A stretch of 50,327 bases of DNA from Macrostomum lignano (lineage: Eukaryota): assembly GCA_002269645.1 (NCBI GenBank), contig NIVC01004329.1:1-50327 (forward strand). Reading direction: 5' to 3'. A model generated the notes under the pieces. It saw only the letters and a list, made by a program, of their open reading frames with translations, was not told the origin of the DNA and did not search any database. Both the position numbers and the translations under genes were made by a program. Positions 10,986 through 21,994 of the stretch are shown here, piece by piece (the stretch's first letter is position 1; every line of letters begins with the position of its first letter).

Positions 10986-11115
10986 AAACTGGGTGAAACA
11001 AACATGCCGGGTTTCTGCTATGAGACAGAGACGTAGGCATAGGTGATCCATGTGGTCCTCCCGACCCAATTTACTTTTGCACATATTTGTTAATCTTCCA
11101 AATATCGTTCTCTAG

Positions 11116-11546
11116 CCATTGCCCAGCCGGCCATGGTCGCTATAGTTCCGCTGGCCCTGCAGCCTTGCTTTGCCGGGACATCGCTGGCGCTGCTGCCGTC
11201 TGCTGTTGGCTACAACCAGCAGCAGCAACAGCAGCTTGTACAAATGCAGACTGGTCAGTGTGAGCAGCAGCAGTTGCAGGATCCGCAGTCCTGGTGGGGT
11301 GGCGGCGGCTCCAGGGCCTCCTTAGCCACTGAGCAGCGCGGTAGGCGACAGCGCATCGCCTCAGTGCAGCTGGTTCGGAGTCCGTTAAACAGAAAGTGCG
11401 AAACCGGAAACGGTAAATCTGCGACTCCAACGGCGTCAGCAGAGGAGGCGGAGCCTGAGCAACACGGCTGCTGCAGCGAGAGCCGACGAAGGCGTCTGAA
11501 CACCGCCGACTCCGTGTTCCGAGCCATCACTCCGTCGCCTCTTTGA
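11116..11546 (+). CDS. TNS: Tensin cassette exon (to donor 11412) or alternative terminal exon (to stop 11546)
   Basis: gttctctag|11116 is in phase with 10633. Internal phase-1 donor 11412|gtaaat. Read-through hits TGA at 11544-11546. Confidence 0.5.
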
Positions 11547-11894
11547 ACTTTGAACGCGAATAGAAAGCGTTTAATATACTTTTAACCTCCTTGCTTCAGC
11601 GCCATCTAACAACAATGTGCTTGGTTATGTCCAGGATTCCTAACTTAAATATGAGCTCCTTTTGCTTCCATTAACACGGTAGAGAGTGCTAACTTCAATC
11701 TAATCATCAGCGCCTTAATCCATCTTCTCTGGCAACTGACCATGCAGCGAGTGAGAAATTCACCGACAGCAAATAACAATCAGGGAAATGCACAAAAAAC
11801 CTGTCAAAAATGTTCAAATAAACAGCCACTGCATTCTGAGATAATACAAGAGTAATTCGTGATGAAGATTTTCACGCTGACTCACAGAACCCTT

Positions 11895-12120
11895 AGAGGG
11901 AATACCAGACTCGATTCCAAGTGCAGCTGCACTGATTTGGGGCTAAATTGGAATCTCGGCTTGGCTCTGCTCGTGCCCCCGAGGCACAGTGAAGTGTACA
12001 TGCCTAACGATAAATAAAGTTAGGGCCGCTGTACACTCCTGTGTGAGTGTGTGCCTGCGTACGTATCCGCGCGCTTGTGTGCCTGCTCAGGGAAGTCGAC
12101 GGAATGAGCAGTAATGTCTC
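11895..12120 (+). mobile_element. SINE copy, same family, head partly lost
   Basis: Long colinear match to the reverse complement of 27940-28170 (ctcgattccaagtgcag…gaggcacagtgaagtgtacatgcctaacgat…agggccgctgtacactcctgtgtgagt). Confidence 0.8.
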
Positions 12121-12422
12121 TCTCCGGTTGTGTGACAATGTCGCTCAAAGTGCTCCAGGGAGCACACAGAATCTCTCTAAGCGGGGGAGGGGCTCCGATG
12201 CTCTGAAAGTGTGAATCAATTCATCAAGAGGGTGGTGGAATTTCCATCTTTCTCCAAGAACGTTAATCAAAGGCTGAAAAAGCTGAGTTTGTTTTGACGG
12301 AGCCTTGCTCAAGGCCTTGGGCACTTACTTGGGGCCTTTAAGAGTCCTATATTAGAATTGAAAGAGCATTTCACAAAAAATATACGGCAGCTGACGGAAT
12401 TGTCAAATCCCTGGGCCTTTGC

Positions 12423-12918
12423 TGATCCCTGATGATCCCTGCACACCCTTGATGATCCCTGTACACCCTTGATGATCCCTGTACACCCTGATGATCCCTG
12501 TACACCCTGATGATCCGTGTACACCCTGATGATCCAGTACACCCTGATGATCCGTGTACACCCTTGATGATCCCTGTACACCCTTGATGATCCCTGTACA
12601 CCCTGATGATCCCTGTACACCCTTGATGATCCCTGTACACTCTTGATGATCTCTGTACACCCTGATGATCCTTGTACACCCTTGATGATCCCTGTACACC
12701 CTGACGATCCCTGTACACCCTGATGATCATTGTACACCCTGATGATCCCTGTACACCCTGATGATCCCTGTACACCCTGATGATCCCTGTACACCCTCGA
12801 TAATTCCTGTACACCCTGACGATCCCTGTACACCCTGATGATCCCTGTACACCCTGATGATCCCTGTACACCCTGATGATCCTTGTACACCCTGATGATC
12901 CCTGTACACCCTTGATGA
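12423..12918. repeat. 19/20-bp minisatellite CCCTGTACACC(T)TGATGAT
   Basis: Directly visible. Confidence 0.96.
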
Positions 12919-13213
12919 ACCCCTGGTCCTTGGTGATTCCTGATTTCTGTAGTCCCTGGGGATCCCTGTGCTCCCTGATGATTCTTGCTGCTCCCTGTTG
13001 ATACCCGTGCTCCTTTCTTCTCCTTTATCCATGTACTTCATACTCCTCATCTATTCCAGCAATGAATTTAGTTGCAGAGAATAGCGAGTAAAGTACATCA
13101 AGTAATTGATACGATTGAGCGCCAGGAGCCTAATACTCAATAGGCACGGGCGCTATGCACTGGCATCCGCACTTGCTTGCTGTACTAAAGCCTCAACTCC
13201 CCACCTTTTCAAG

Positions 13214-13582
13214 GCTCGGCAGCCGTGCGCGCCTCATCAATGGAGCCGGCGCCGCAGAGCCACCGGCAGCAGCAACAGCAGAGGGCGCTGGCGTCTTCAA
13301 CATCCAGAGGCGTGGCCAGCGCGCACGCGTCTCCAGCTGCCAGGCGAGCGGCGGCGGCGACATTCGGCGGCGGCGGCGGCGGCATCTACGGCAGCCGGCA
13401 CCGGGAGAACGGCGGTGCCTACAGGAGTGGTCACGTGACATCGGCCGGCGGATCCGCCTCGGCGGCCGCGATTTCGTCGCTGGGAAAAGAGGACAGCCTG
13501 GAAGCGGCATGCCTTGGCCCGCCAAAGTTTGTTACCGACACGTCACCGATGTGGTACCTGCCTGAGGCCAGCAGGGATGACG
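13214..13582 (+). CDS. TNS: Tensin exon leading into SH2 (…PPKFVTDTSPMWYLPEASRDD)
   Basis: KFVTDTSPMWYLPEASR matches tensin KFVQDTSKYWYKP.ISR. ccttttcaag|13214 and 13582|gtgagt. Confidence 0.9.
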
Positions 13583-13727
13583 GTGAGTCGGCTTGCTGCT
13601 GCCGTGACTGACTGACACAAGACAGACAAAGACACTTAGACAGGCGCTGAGACACTGAGACAATGAGACACAAGGAAACAAAGACATAAAGACAAAGACA
13701 CGAAGGCGCTAAGATACATAGGTCATT

Positions 13728-13985
13728 AGTACAGTAGCTCAGTGATAAACGCGTCTGAGTCTTGCGTCATAACCCCGGATTGATTCCGTGCTAGGCCGCA
13801 TTTATCTGTCGTGCGATTCACCCCCATGAGGGCCAACCCCCAAGGCGCTACGATTGTACATGCCTGACGATTGGACAGTCAGGGCCGCTGCACACCCTGT
13901 GCGAGAGTGTGTATGAGTGCGCGCCTTGGTGCGCTATAGTATTGGTGCGCTTGTGTGTGGGACGAGTTTGTGTCAGGGTGCCCGC
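13728..13985 (+). mobile_element. SINE copy, diverged subfamily
   Basis: A box TAGCTCAGTGA 13735-13745, B-box-like GGATTGATTCC 13777-13787, and body ccaaggcgc…tgtacatgcctgacgat…gtcagggccgctgcacaccctg. Confidence 0.7.
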
Positions 13986-14018
13986 AGCTTCCCTGAATGT
14001 TTACTTAGGTTTGAAAAC

Positions 14019-14731
14019 ACTAGGACACAGTGACACTAGGACACAGTGACACTAGGACACAGTGACACTAGGACACAGTGACACTAGGACACAGTGACAC
14101 TAGGACACAGTGACACTAGGACACAGTGACACTAGGACACAGTGACACTAGGACACAGTGACACTAGGACACAGTGACACTAGGACACAGTGACACTAGG
14201 ACACAGTGACACTAGAACACCGTGACACTAGGACACAGTGACACTAGGACACAGTGACTCTAGGACACAAAGACTAGGACACAGTAAGACTAGGACACAA
14301 ACACTAGGACACAAACACTAGGACACAAAGACTAGGACACAAAGACTAGGACACAGACTAGGACACAGACTAGGACACAGACTGGGACACAGTGACACTA
14401 GAACACCGTGACACTAGGACACACAGACTAGAACTAAGACTAGGACACAAAGACTAGGACACAGACTAGGACACAGTGACACTAGGACACAGACTAGGAC
14501 ACAGTGACACTAGGACACAGACTAGGACACAGTGACACTAGGACACAGACTAGGACACAGTGACACTAGGACACAGACTAGGACACAGTGACACTAGGAC
14601 ACAGTGACACTAGGACATAGTGACACTAGGACACAGTGACACTAGGACACAGTGACACTAGGACACAGACACTAGGACACAGTGACACTAGGACACAGAC
14701 ACTAGGACACAAAGACTAGAACTAAGACTAA
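14019..14731. repeat. 16-bp minisatellite GACACTAGGACACAGT with 12-15-bp deletion variants
   Basis: Directly visible. Confidence 0.97.
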
Positions 14732-14756
14732 GTCGGCCAAGATCTTTCCTCCGCAG

Positions 14757-15143
14757 CCATCCAGTACCTCCGCCACCTGCCACCCGGCCGGTTCATTGTC
14801 CGAGACAGCCACAGCTACCCAGGCGGCTACGGCCTCGCCGTGAAGGTCGCCGAGGTGCCGAAGGGCGCCCCGGTGCGGTCGGAGGACCGCGACACGGAGC
14901 TGGTCCGGCACTTCCTCATCGAGCCCACCAGCAAGGGTGTGCGGCTAAAGGGCTGCCCGAACGAGCCCGTGTTCGCCTCCCTGGCGGCCCTGATCTACCA
15001 GCACACGGTCACCCAGCTGGCTCTCCCGTGCAAGCTGGTGCTGCCGCCGATGCCGGGGTCCGCGACGTCGCACCAGCAGCACCAGCAGCCAGCCGACCTG
15101 GTGTCCGGCATGGACCCGCTCCAGATTCTTGCCCAGGGCGCAG
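14757..15143 (+). CDS. TNS: Tensin SH2 exon (AIQYLRHLPPGRFIVRDSHSYPGGYGLAVKV…LVRHFLIEPTSKGVRLKGCPNEPVFASLAALIYQH…LALPCKLVLP)
   Basis: Diagnostic tensin SH2 motifs FIVRDS, RHFLIE, GVRLKGCPNEP and LPCKL. Canonical splice sites. Confidence 0.95.
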
Positions 15144-15272
15144 GTCAGAGCCAGACCAGATTTCTTGTTTTTCGAAATTATCGCACTACAGAACCTATGA
15201 AAAAGTAGTGTCCGGGTTTCCTCTGTCCAGACTCCTACCTCAAAGCGTCCATGATCCTATCTGGCCCCGCAG

Positions 15273-15510
15273 CGTGCAACGTGCTCTACCTCGGCGCCGT
15301 GGATCTGGAGTCCTTGTCGGGCGCCGCCGGCATCGCCAAAGCTGTCGACGTCATTCTGCGCTGCCGAGACCGGCTGCGCACCGCCCCGTGTCAATTCAAG
15401 GTGGCCCGGGACGGCATCACCATCACGGACACGGAGCGCAAGCTCTTCTTTCGCAAGCATTTCCCAACGGCCTGCATCACGCATTGCGGCTTGGATCCCC
15501 ATAATAGGCT
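15273..15510 (+). CDS. TNS: Tensin PTB exon (ACNVLYLGAVDLESLSG…FKVARDGITITDTERKLFFRKHFP…HCGLDPHNRL)
   Basis: ACNVLYL, ESL.G, GITITD..RKLFFR.H and DP motifs of the tensin PTB domain. ccccgcag|15273 and 15510|gtgagt. Confidence 0.95.
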
Positions 15511-15855
15511 GTGAGTCAGTGAGAGAGGCTGTGAGTCAGTGAGAGAGGCTGTGAGTCAGTGAGAGAGGCTGTGAGTCAGTGAGAGAGGCTGTGAGTCAGT
15601 GAGAGAGGCTGTGAGTCAGTGAGAGAGGCTGTGAGTCAGTGAGAGAGGCTGTGAGTCAGTGAGAGAGGCTGTGAGTCAGTGAGAGAGGCTGTGAGTCAGT
15701 GAGAGAGGCTGTGAGTCAGTGAGAGAGGCTGTGAGTCAGTGAGAGAGGCTGTGAGTCAGTGAGAGAGGCTGTGAGTCAGTGAGAGAGGCTGTGAGTCAGT
15801 GAGAGAGGCTGTGAGTCAGTGAGAGAGGCTGTGAGTCAGTGAGAGAGGCTGTATC
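15506..15855. repeat. 20-bp minisatellite AGGCT|GTGAGTCAGTGAGAG x17, containing the tensin 5' splice site
   Basis: GTGAGTCAGT recurs at 15511, 15531 … 15831 with no variants. Confidence 0.98.
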
Positions 15856-16302
15856 AGTGATTTTTACAATTGTACAACTGTTTGTGTCTTGTCGTAGTAT
15901 CTTATGTGAGTTAAATCAAGTTACGTGTCTCTACATATTTAAACCCAGCACACTTTACCTCGCCAACAGGTACCAATCTTACGAGACGAGAGATCTGCAA
16001 AGATCGAAGTGAGTTAGACTTGAACCATGGTTTCTGAACGATTTTAGTAGTGATGGCTGTTGTTTAGAATATCCAGACATTTTGTTTGTAAAAATCAATG
16101 CTAATTTGCCATTCAATTTTTGGGTCTGTGAAGTTTAGGGACAGATAATAGATAAAATAACTGGATGGGCCACTCAACACATTTGCGTGTAAGCTACTTT
16201 CAGTTCAGTAGTAAGTTAAACTGAAGCATTTTAATGTATTTTTAAAGACAAGGCTAATTTATTGTTTCTTACCCCCTTGACTTACTTTTGACTTAGCTGC
16301 AG

Positions 16303-16333
16303 GGTGGTCCGTAGACACAGCGGGGAGGCGAGG
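16303..16333 (+). CDS. TNS: Putative tensin PTB micro-exon (W-S-V-D-T-A-G-R-R)
   Basis: Good pyrimidine tract plus ctgcag|16303. It supplies the W of the tensin DPxxRKW motif if one G of the ggg run is surplus. The donor 16333|gtcgcc is weak. Skipping it is also frame-neutral. Confidence 0.4.
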
Positions 16334-16389
16334 GTCGCCCATTCCGCTAGCCCCTGAAGGCCCGCAGACAGGCAAAGGCGTGGGGCCGG

Positions 16390-17696
16390 TTAGGGCGGTC
16401 CGCCGGTCCGTCCTGCAGCGTGATCTTCCGTTGGGAAGAAACTGGCTCGTCTAGTCGCCCGAAGGAACTGGATGAGCCGTGGGATGCTGTCGGGCTGGCA
16501 GACCTCGTCAATGGACGGGTTCGGCCCGAGGTAGCGTAGCGGTCTCTGGTAAAGAAAGGGCAGTAACAAACAAAGCGCTGAGCGTCTTCACTCGAAAAAA
16601 GGCAAAGTTCGCTCTCGAGGTCACCTCGGAGGAAGCAGTGCCTGGCGAGGTAGCCATGGCCGGTGAGGGTCATGACGAGGGCTCAAATATCCTTCCGATT
16701 TTGGTTCAGAAGGACGTTTCTGAGCCTGCGAGACGGGCAAGGAACCGCGGCACGAGATTGCCGGCAGTTTTGGGTGCCCACCCATCTGTCCCTGTGAAGG
16801 GAGTCAGCCCAGTCATCGATCTGACGATTGATGACTGTCGAGGGCATAGGGACCAGGGGGGCAGGGCCAAAGAAAGAGCCAGAGCCGCCCCTCTTGGCGA
16901 GGGTGTCTGCCAGCTCGTTCCCCGGAAACCCTGCGTGCCCTGGGATCCACTTCAGCCTGACAGTATTGCTACTGGCCAAGAGGTTGAGCTGCCGGACGCA
17001 GTCAGCGACTGTCTGGAAGTTTGTGTTGGTGTGGCAAAGGGCCTGTAAGGCCGCTTTGCTGTCAGAGTGGAGGACAATAGTCTCTCCTCTCGTACCCTTG
17101 GCGTTCAGCTCTGCAGCGCAGGAGCTGATGACAAGGACTTCGTTCTGGAAGACCGTGGAGAGTCTGCCAGTGTGCTGGGCATGCGTGGCAATGACGCGGC
17201 CGTTGATGATGATGCAGACCCCAAAGCCGGCGCGACCGTCTTTGATGGATCCGTCCGTGTAGCAATGGACCTCCTGGAATTTCCAGTGGTCATTGGCAGC
17301 ATCCCTAGAGGGGATGGTGACCTTGTAGCGCTGAAAGAGGTTGAGAATGCGGGGTTCACCGTCAGATAAGACGTGGAGCCCGCCGCTGTCTCTCAAGTCC
17401 TTGAGGCAGAGGTCGGCGTGGGGCAGAAGCTTGCGCTTAGCCATGGCCCTATGAGGCAGGATACGAATGCCAGCGTCAGTTAGACGGCGGGCAGTCTTAG
17501 CCGCTTCCCTGCGGACAATGTCCAGCGGAGGAATGTTGAGGAAGGCGTTGAGGCCATCGTAAGGAGCAGACGGAGGGGCGCTCATGATCATACGACATGC
17601 ACGCCCTTGCGCTCTCCTGATAGCCTCTAGACAGGTCTTTATCTGCAGGGCGCTAGCCCAGATCAGGCCGCCATACGAGATAGCGGGCCTAACCAT
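16390..17696 (-). pseudogene. Thumb/RNase H/C-terminal part of the LINE ORF2
   Basis: VRPAISYG, RNase HI motifs and a C-terminal LIQFLRATRR-like ending in a shifted frame. Confidence 0.85.
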
Positions 17697-17708
17697 TGCA
17701 GAGTAGAT

Positions 17709-19175
17709 TCACCAGAGGCCCTTGGCAGTTGCGCGAGGACTGCGAGGGCATTCTTGTCTTTTGCTTGAACGTGGGGTGACCAGTTCAGCCTGTGGTCCAG
17801 GGTAATACCTAGTCTGCTTGCAGAAGGGGATTTCCCTTCCGTGAAGCGTGAGCGGCCGAATCTGCCACTTGGTCCTGCTGGTGAACATGAACGCTGCGGT
17901 CTTAGTCTCAGAGAGCCTTAAACCACAGCGATCCGCCCATTGCTCAACGGCGTAGATGAAGTTCTGAAGATGGTCCCTGAGGGTATCAGGGGACGGACCA
18001 GATGCCACCGCGGTGACATCGTCCACATATCCTACTTTCAGAATGGGGTCAGGCCGAGCATCCCGAAGGAGCTCATCGATGACCATGTTCCAGACAACTG
18101 GAGACAGCACCCCACCTTGAGGGCTACCTTTGCAGATGGGGACCGTCCTCTGGTGGCCCAGCAGACTGGCGGTGGCCGTGCGATGGCTGATCATGTACAT
18201 GATCCATCTGGTGAGATGTGAGTGCGTTTGCCTCTCACAAAGAGCTCTTCGGAACGCCTCGAAGAGGATGTTATCGAAGGCGCCAATGATGTCCAGGAAG
18301 ATTCCCAGAGCGAAGCCGCTACCAAGCACGGCCTTCTCGAGTTTATCGACCAGGACGTGCAGCGCGCTTTCAGTGGAGCGACCCGCCCGAAAAGCTCTCA
18401 GGTTCTCACTGAGAGGTTTGTTCTTCAGCTCAACAGAGAGAAGACGCCAAAGCACCAGTCTCTCCATCAGCTTGACCAGGAAGGAGGTCAGGCTGATCGG
18501 TCTGAAGGATTTGATAGAATGGTAGTCCGGGCGGCCTGGCTTAGGGATAAAAATCACCTTTGCCTCGGTCCATGCCTGTGGGACATAACCAAGCGTGATG
18601 CATGCCCGAAGAAGGCTGCAAAGTTTGCGCAGGAAGCCTGGGCATTTAACCGCTTCTCTTAGGAGGGCCGGTACAATGCCGTCGGGTCCTGGGGCTTTGA
18701 AAGGTTTGAAGGAATTAGCCGCTCTCACGATGCGGTCCTCCGTGATGATAGAGGCAGCCAGCGCGTGACCTCCCTCCGAGTGATCCGGAGTGGTCGGGCT
18801 AGCTGGCTCGTTGGGGAAAAACGCAGTGGGCATTACAACAAGCGTTTCCCCTGGGTTGTCCGTGGACGTACCGTCGGTGCGTTTGACTGAGGAGAGCTCA
18901 GACATTTTGTCCAGCGTAAGCGCTTTCACAACTCTGGAGGTGGGGCGTGAGCTCTCTAGCTCCTCACAGTATTGTCTCCATTTCTGAGCTTTTGCATTCC
19001 TAACCTGCCTTTTAAACTCATGGATTGCTTCATGATAGTCGGTTTGGTCCGCTGGGCTCTTAGTTTTAGTTGCTCTGCGGTGGAGTCTCTTAGCTCTGCG
19101 ACGGAGGTTGCCGAGCTCCGGATTCCACCACGGTGTGAATTTTTTCCCTTTATAGGCTTCTTACCTCCACAAGCT
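17709..19175 (-). pseudogene. Reverse transcriptase part of the LINE ORF2
   Basis: RT motifs as above; the catalytic YADD-type motif reads YVDD. The frame is open upstream of the listed ORF start (18929) to about 19175. Confidence 0.9.
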
Positions 19176-19379
19176 TAAACCCTCAAACTCCACAAGAACC
19201 TCTACCCCGCCACCCAATTTTTATTACCTTCCTCGGTTGTTCCAGCCTAAATCTGCCTTGCAACTTTTAGTGGCCAATGTACATAATGCTAAGTTCTCGT
19301 ACAAACATGCCTGAGTGGCCCATCTAGTCTAGTTATTCTATTATCTGTGATGTAGGAAAGTTTAATTATTGTAGGAGTG

Positions 19380-19450
19380 CTTTGGTCACACTCTCTGTGC
19401 ATTGGGGTGGAGGTTGGCCCTCATGGCTGTAAGTCGCGCGACAACCCCTG
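19380..19450 (-). mobile_element. Short SINE fragment
   Basis: acactctctg…ttggccctcatggctgt is shared with 1105-1147. Confidence 0.45.
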
Positions 19451-19556
19451 GCTATTTTGAGTTAAGAGCTGACAATGACAGCGCTTCTAAGCGTTCTCTA
19501 CAGACGCCCCCCCCCCAGCAACCAATGCAGATTTGCGAACTCAATTCCATTCGCAG

Positions 19557-19704
19557 AATCTTCGGCTTCATCGCTCGCAAGAGCAGCTCAGGATCGGACA
19601 ACACCGGGGTGATTGTCACGGAGATCGAGGACTACCAACCAGCTGAGGCGGTGATTCAGTTCGTCTGTAACTACCTCATTGGTGGCCGAGGCACCATAGG
19701 CTAG
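19557..19704 (+). CDS. TNS: Tensin last coding exon (IFGFIARKSSSGSDNTGVIVTEIEDYQPAEAVIQFVCNYLIGGRGTIG*)
   Basis: Matches the tensin PTB end FGFVARK.GS..DN.C.LFAE.D..QPA.AIV.FV. ccattcgcag|19557 and stop TAG at 19702-19704. Confidence 0.9.
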
Positions 19705-20637
19705 TGACAGTGCATGCCACCCAGGAAACCTCCCGCCACATGCCTTCCCAGTCTCTGCCACCTCTCCGGTCTCAGCTATTGATGTTCTCAACTGGTCTCA
19801 AATTTAGAGCAATAATTATTCTTATTTTGCTAAGCACACTAGCATGAGATTGTTGTACTTCTATGCCTAAACTGCAGTTTTGCACTAATTGCCTAGACAT
19901 GCACTCTTACTAATTAGTGCAGAGTCGGGCGCACAGATATATGCTTTATTATGCATATTTTTCTAATCAAACCTGTCTAAATGCTTTTCACTCATTTTAT
20001 ATTCACATTTAGGCCAGTCTTTTTTGTTCACCTTTTTTTCTAACTTCCACTACGGACTGAGTGGGTGTGTGATTAGTGGAAGTGGAGGGATGCGGGTATT
20101 CGGGGAGGGCTGATTGGCTTTTTATGACAGTTGCTAAGCATATTTATCCTATCATATTTTAATCATCTCTTCTGCAGCCGAATTAAACAGGCCGCTCTCA
20201 ATCAGCTGTCAGTCCTTCTACATTCAGAGCTAATTAAAATTGAATTGCATGCTGCTGCATCTCTGACTACTGTTAGTAAAATATTGCGAGTTCGAATTTT
20301 ATGACTGAAATTTATTTTTTTCCTAAATGATTTATGGCCAGCTCAGAATTCTGTTTGTTTATTAATTACGCTCCTAGCTTAGCATGGTTGGCTAAATAAT
20401 GTGTAATTGTTCATCAAATCTGTTGTCATGCATCATATATGCAAGTTTGAGTGAAATGTTACCGTAGTTTTACTGTTTTTAAAAAATTATTTCGAATAGG
20501 AATTGAGGCAATTGTGGGATTTGTTGGATGCTAACTCGAGTTTTTTTAGCAAAAACACATCAAACTTATTCTCAACATCGGATACAACACGAACTTGCCG
20601 CATCTCAGGTGAAATAAGTGCTTGGAACTTCTTTTGT

Positions 20638-20722
20638 AGTCAGGCCCATTCCGCTGAGCTCCGCTGAGCCGGACACGGATCAGTGTGCAGTCACACGCTC
20701 ACACAGGGGTGTACAGCTGCAA
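20638..20722 (-). mobile_element. Short SINE fragment
   Basis: agtcaggcccattccgctga…cacgctcacacaggggtgtacagc is nearly identical to the 9564-9620 motif. Confidence 0.55.
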
Positions 20723-21194
20723 GAGCCCTTTAATCTCGGATTCTCAGGTCAACATACTGCCAGTCATATTTTCCCAGCTTCAAGAGTAAGAAGCATTCTG
20801 AACTTCCTTGAACGGCAAACATTCAAACACAAAAAAACTCAGAAAATCGGGGGGCGGGATTTCCCGAGCAGCTGTCCGAACATGAAATTCGTTCCTAACT
20901 TGGAATTTCTCTCACTTCATCTGCCAGGACGTGACTTGCAAACGAATTTATTTGCCTCCGCTGTTGCCGCCGCTGCATGCCAAGCTGTAAATTTCTGCTT
21001 CCGGAGCAAAGGCCAGCCGAGTGTCCATTTTAACTTTTGCTGACCGATGAAATTTCCCGAATGCATGCCCAGTTGCCAAGGGAATGTTAAACTGCAGTTA
21101 CGGGTCTCCAACAGCCGAACTCTGCATAAGCTTTCTGTCTTCAATAAATAGATTAAGAAATGATCTGTTCTATGTTTTTGTGGGTTCGCGTAAA

Positions 21195-21790
21195 AATGGC
21201 TTGACGTGCCGCGGCGCAGACGGGCAGACGACCAAGCTCGCACGCTGCCAGCGGTTCACCTACCTCGGCGGTCTGGTGCCCCACGTAGAAGAGGACCTCC
21301 GGCGGCGCAGAGGACTTGCCTGGGCGGCCTTCCGTTCGATCCGAGCCGTCCACCAGTCCGAAGCGCTGCCCGACCGCCAGAGGGCTCGGCTGTGGCAGGC
21401 GGTGGTCGAAATCGTTCTGCTATACAACGCCGAGACGTGAACGCTGACGGCTACGCTAGAACGGCAGCTGGACTCGGCGCACTCAGGGCTGCTCCGTGCA
21501 GCTTTTCGAGCTGACGAGAGCGTCGGGACCGAGGCCCTGTACGATCGGGCCAAGCTGCAGCTTCCGTCCACCATCCTGCGCCGGCGGCGACTTCAACTGG
21601 CGGGCCACGTGATCCGGGCCGTCCTGCGGCCGTCCTGCCAACGTACCTTGCAGGGTCCGTTCAGGCGGGGTCAGGCCCGAACCCGTCGATACCTGGACTG
21701 CCTGCTGTGCGACGCTGTGGCGCCCGACACTCCCAACGGACGGACTTCGTTCGCTCCCAGGCTCTGCGGCGCGCTATCTGACGCGCCCTG
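21195..21790 (+). mobile_element. RTE-clade LINE 3' fragment (end of RT/thumb), pseudogenised
   Basis: Translation FTYLGG…RRRRGLAWAAF…LLYNAET*TLTATLERQLD…LRRRRLQLAGHVIR matches the RTE C-terminal consensus (FxYLGS, LLYGxETW, RRLxWxGHxxR). TGG has become TGA at 21438. Confidence 0.8.
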
Positions 21791-21994
21791 CTTTAACTGT
21801 GACCTCTGCTTGCAGGGCCGCGCATTTTGTTGTTTTTGTTAAATTGTGAAGCTGCATAAAGCAAGGGCTACTTAGAAGCATTATACTCAGGTAAATTTCC
21901 TAGTTTTCTGAAAATTGGCCGCGAGCTCGAGTGGAGAGTACTGCATGTCTTTTTATTTCATAAGTCATTGTTACGAGAATTATTAAGAGAATTC

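Larger units (their letters stand above)
16336..19175 (-). mobile_element. 5'-truncated, degenerate non-LTR retrotransposon (ORF2 fragment: RT + RNase H + degraded C-terminal Cys/His motif; I/LOA/Tad/R1-type) antisense in a tensin intron
   Basis: The minus frame from about 19175 gives PWWNPEL, KAPGPDG, FRPISLTSFLVKLMERL, FLDIIGAFD, GSPQGGVLSP and YVDD. ORF 16683-17696 gives YTDGS, TVFQNE, HSDS and WIPGHAGFPGNELADTLAK. Frameshifts occur near 17815 and 17700, a stop at 16683, and further lesions in LTGHGYLARH…CYCP. No endonuclease or ORF1 is present. Confidence 0.95.

Noticed and set aside
3693-12918. 29-bp and 19-bp array units sharing GTGTACA / CTGTACACCCTG with the SINE hairpin
   Set aside because: The matches are only 7-12 nt and the flanks do not align to the SINE, which is insufficient to claim derivation.
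12423-13870. Hammerhead ribozyme core CTGATGA in the 19-bp array and CTGACGA in the SINE hairpin
   Set aside because: There is no downstream GAAA or stem II/III arrangement, and the motif is not conserved in the other SINE copies (CTAACGA, CCGACGA).
19420-19435. Strong donor-like GGCT|GTAAGT just upstream of the last tensin exon
   Set aside because: It falls inside a SINE fragment shared with 1131-1147, and there is no matching acceptor or tensin-like coding sequence.
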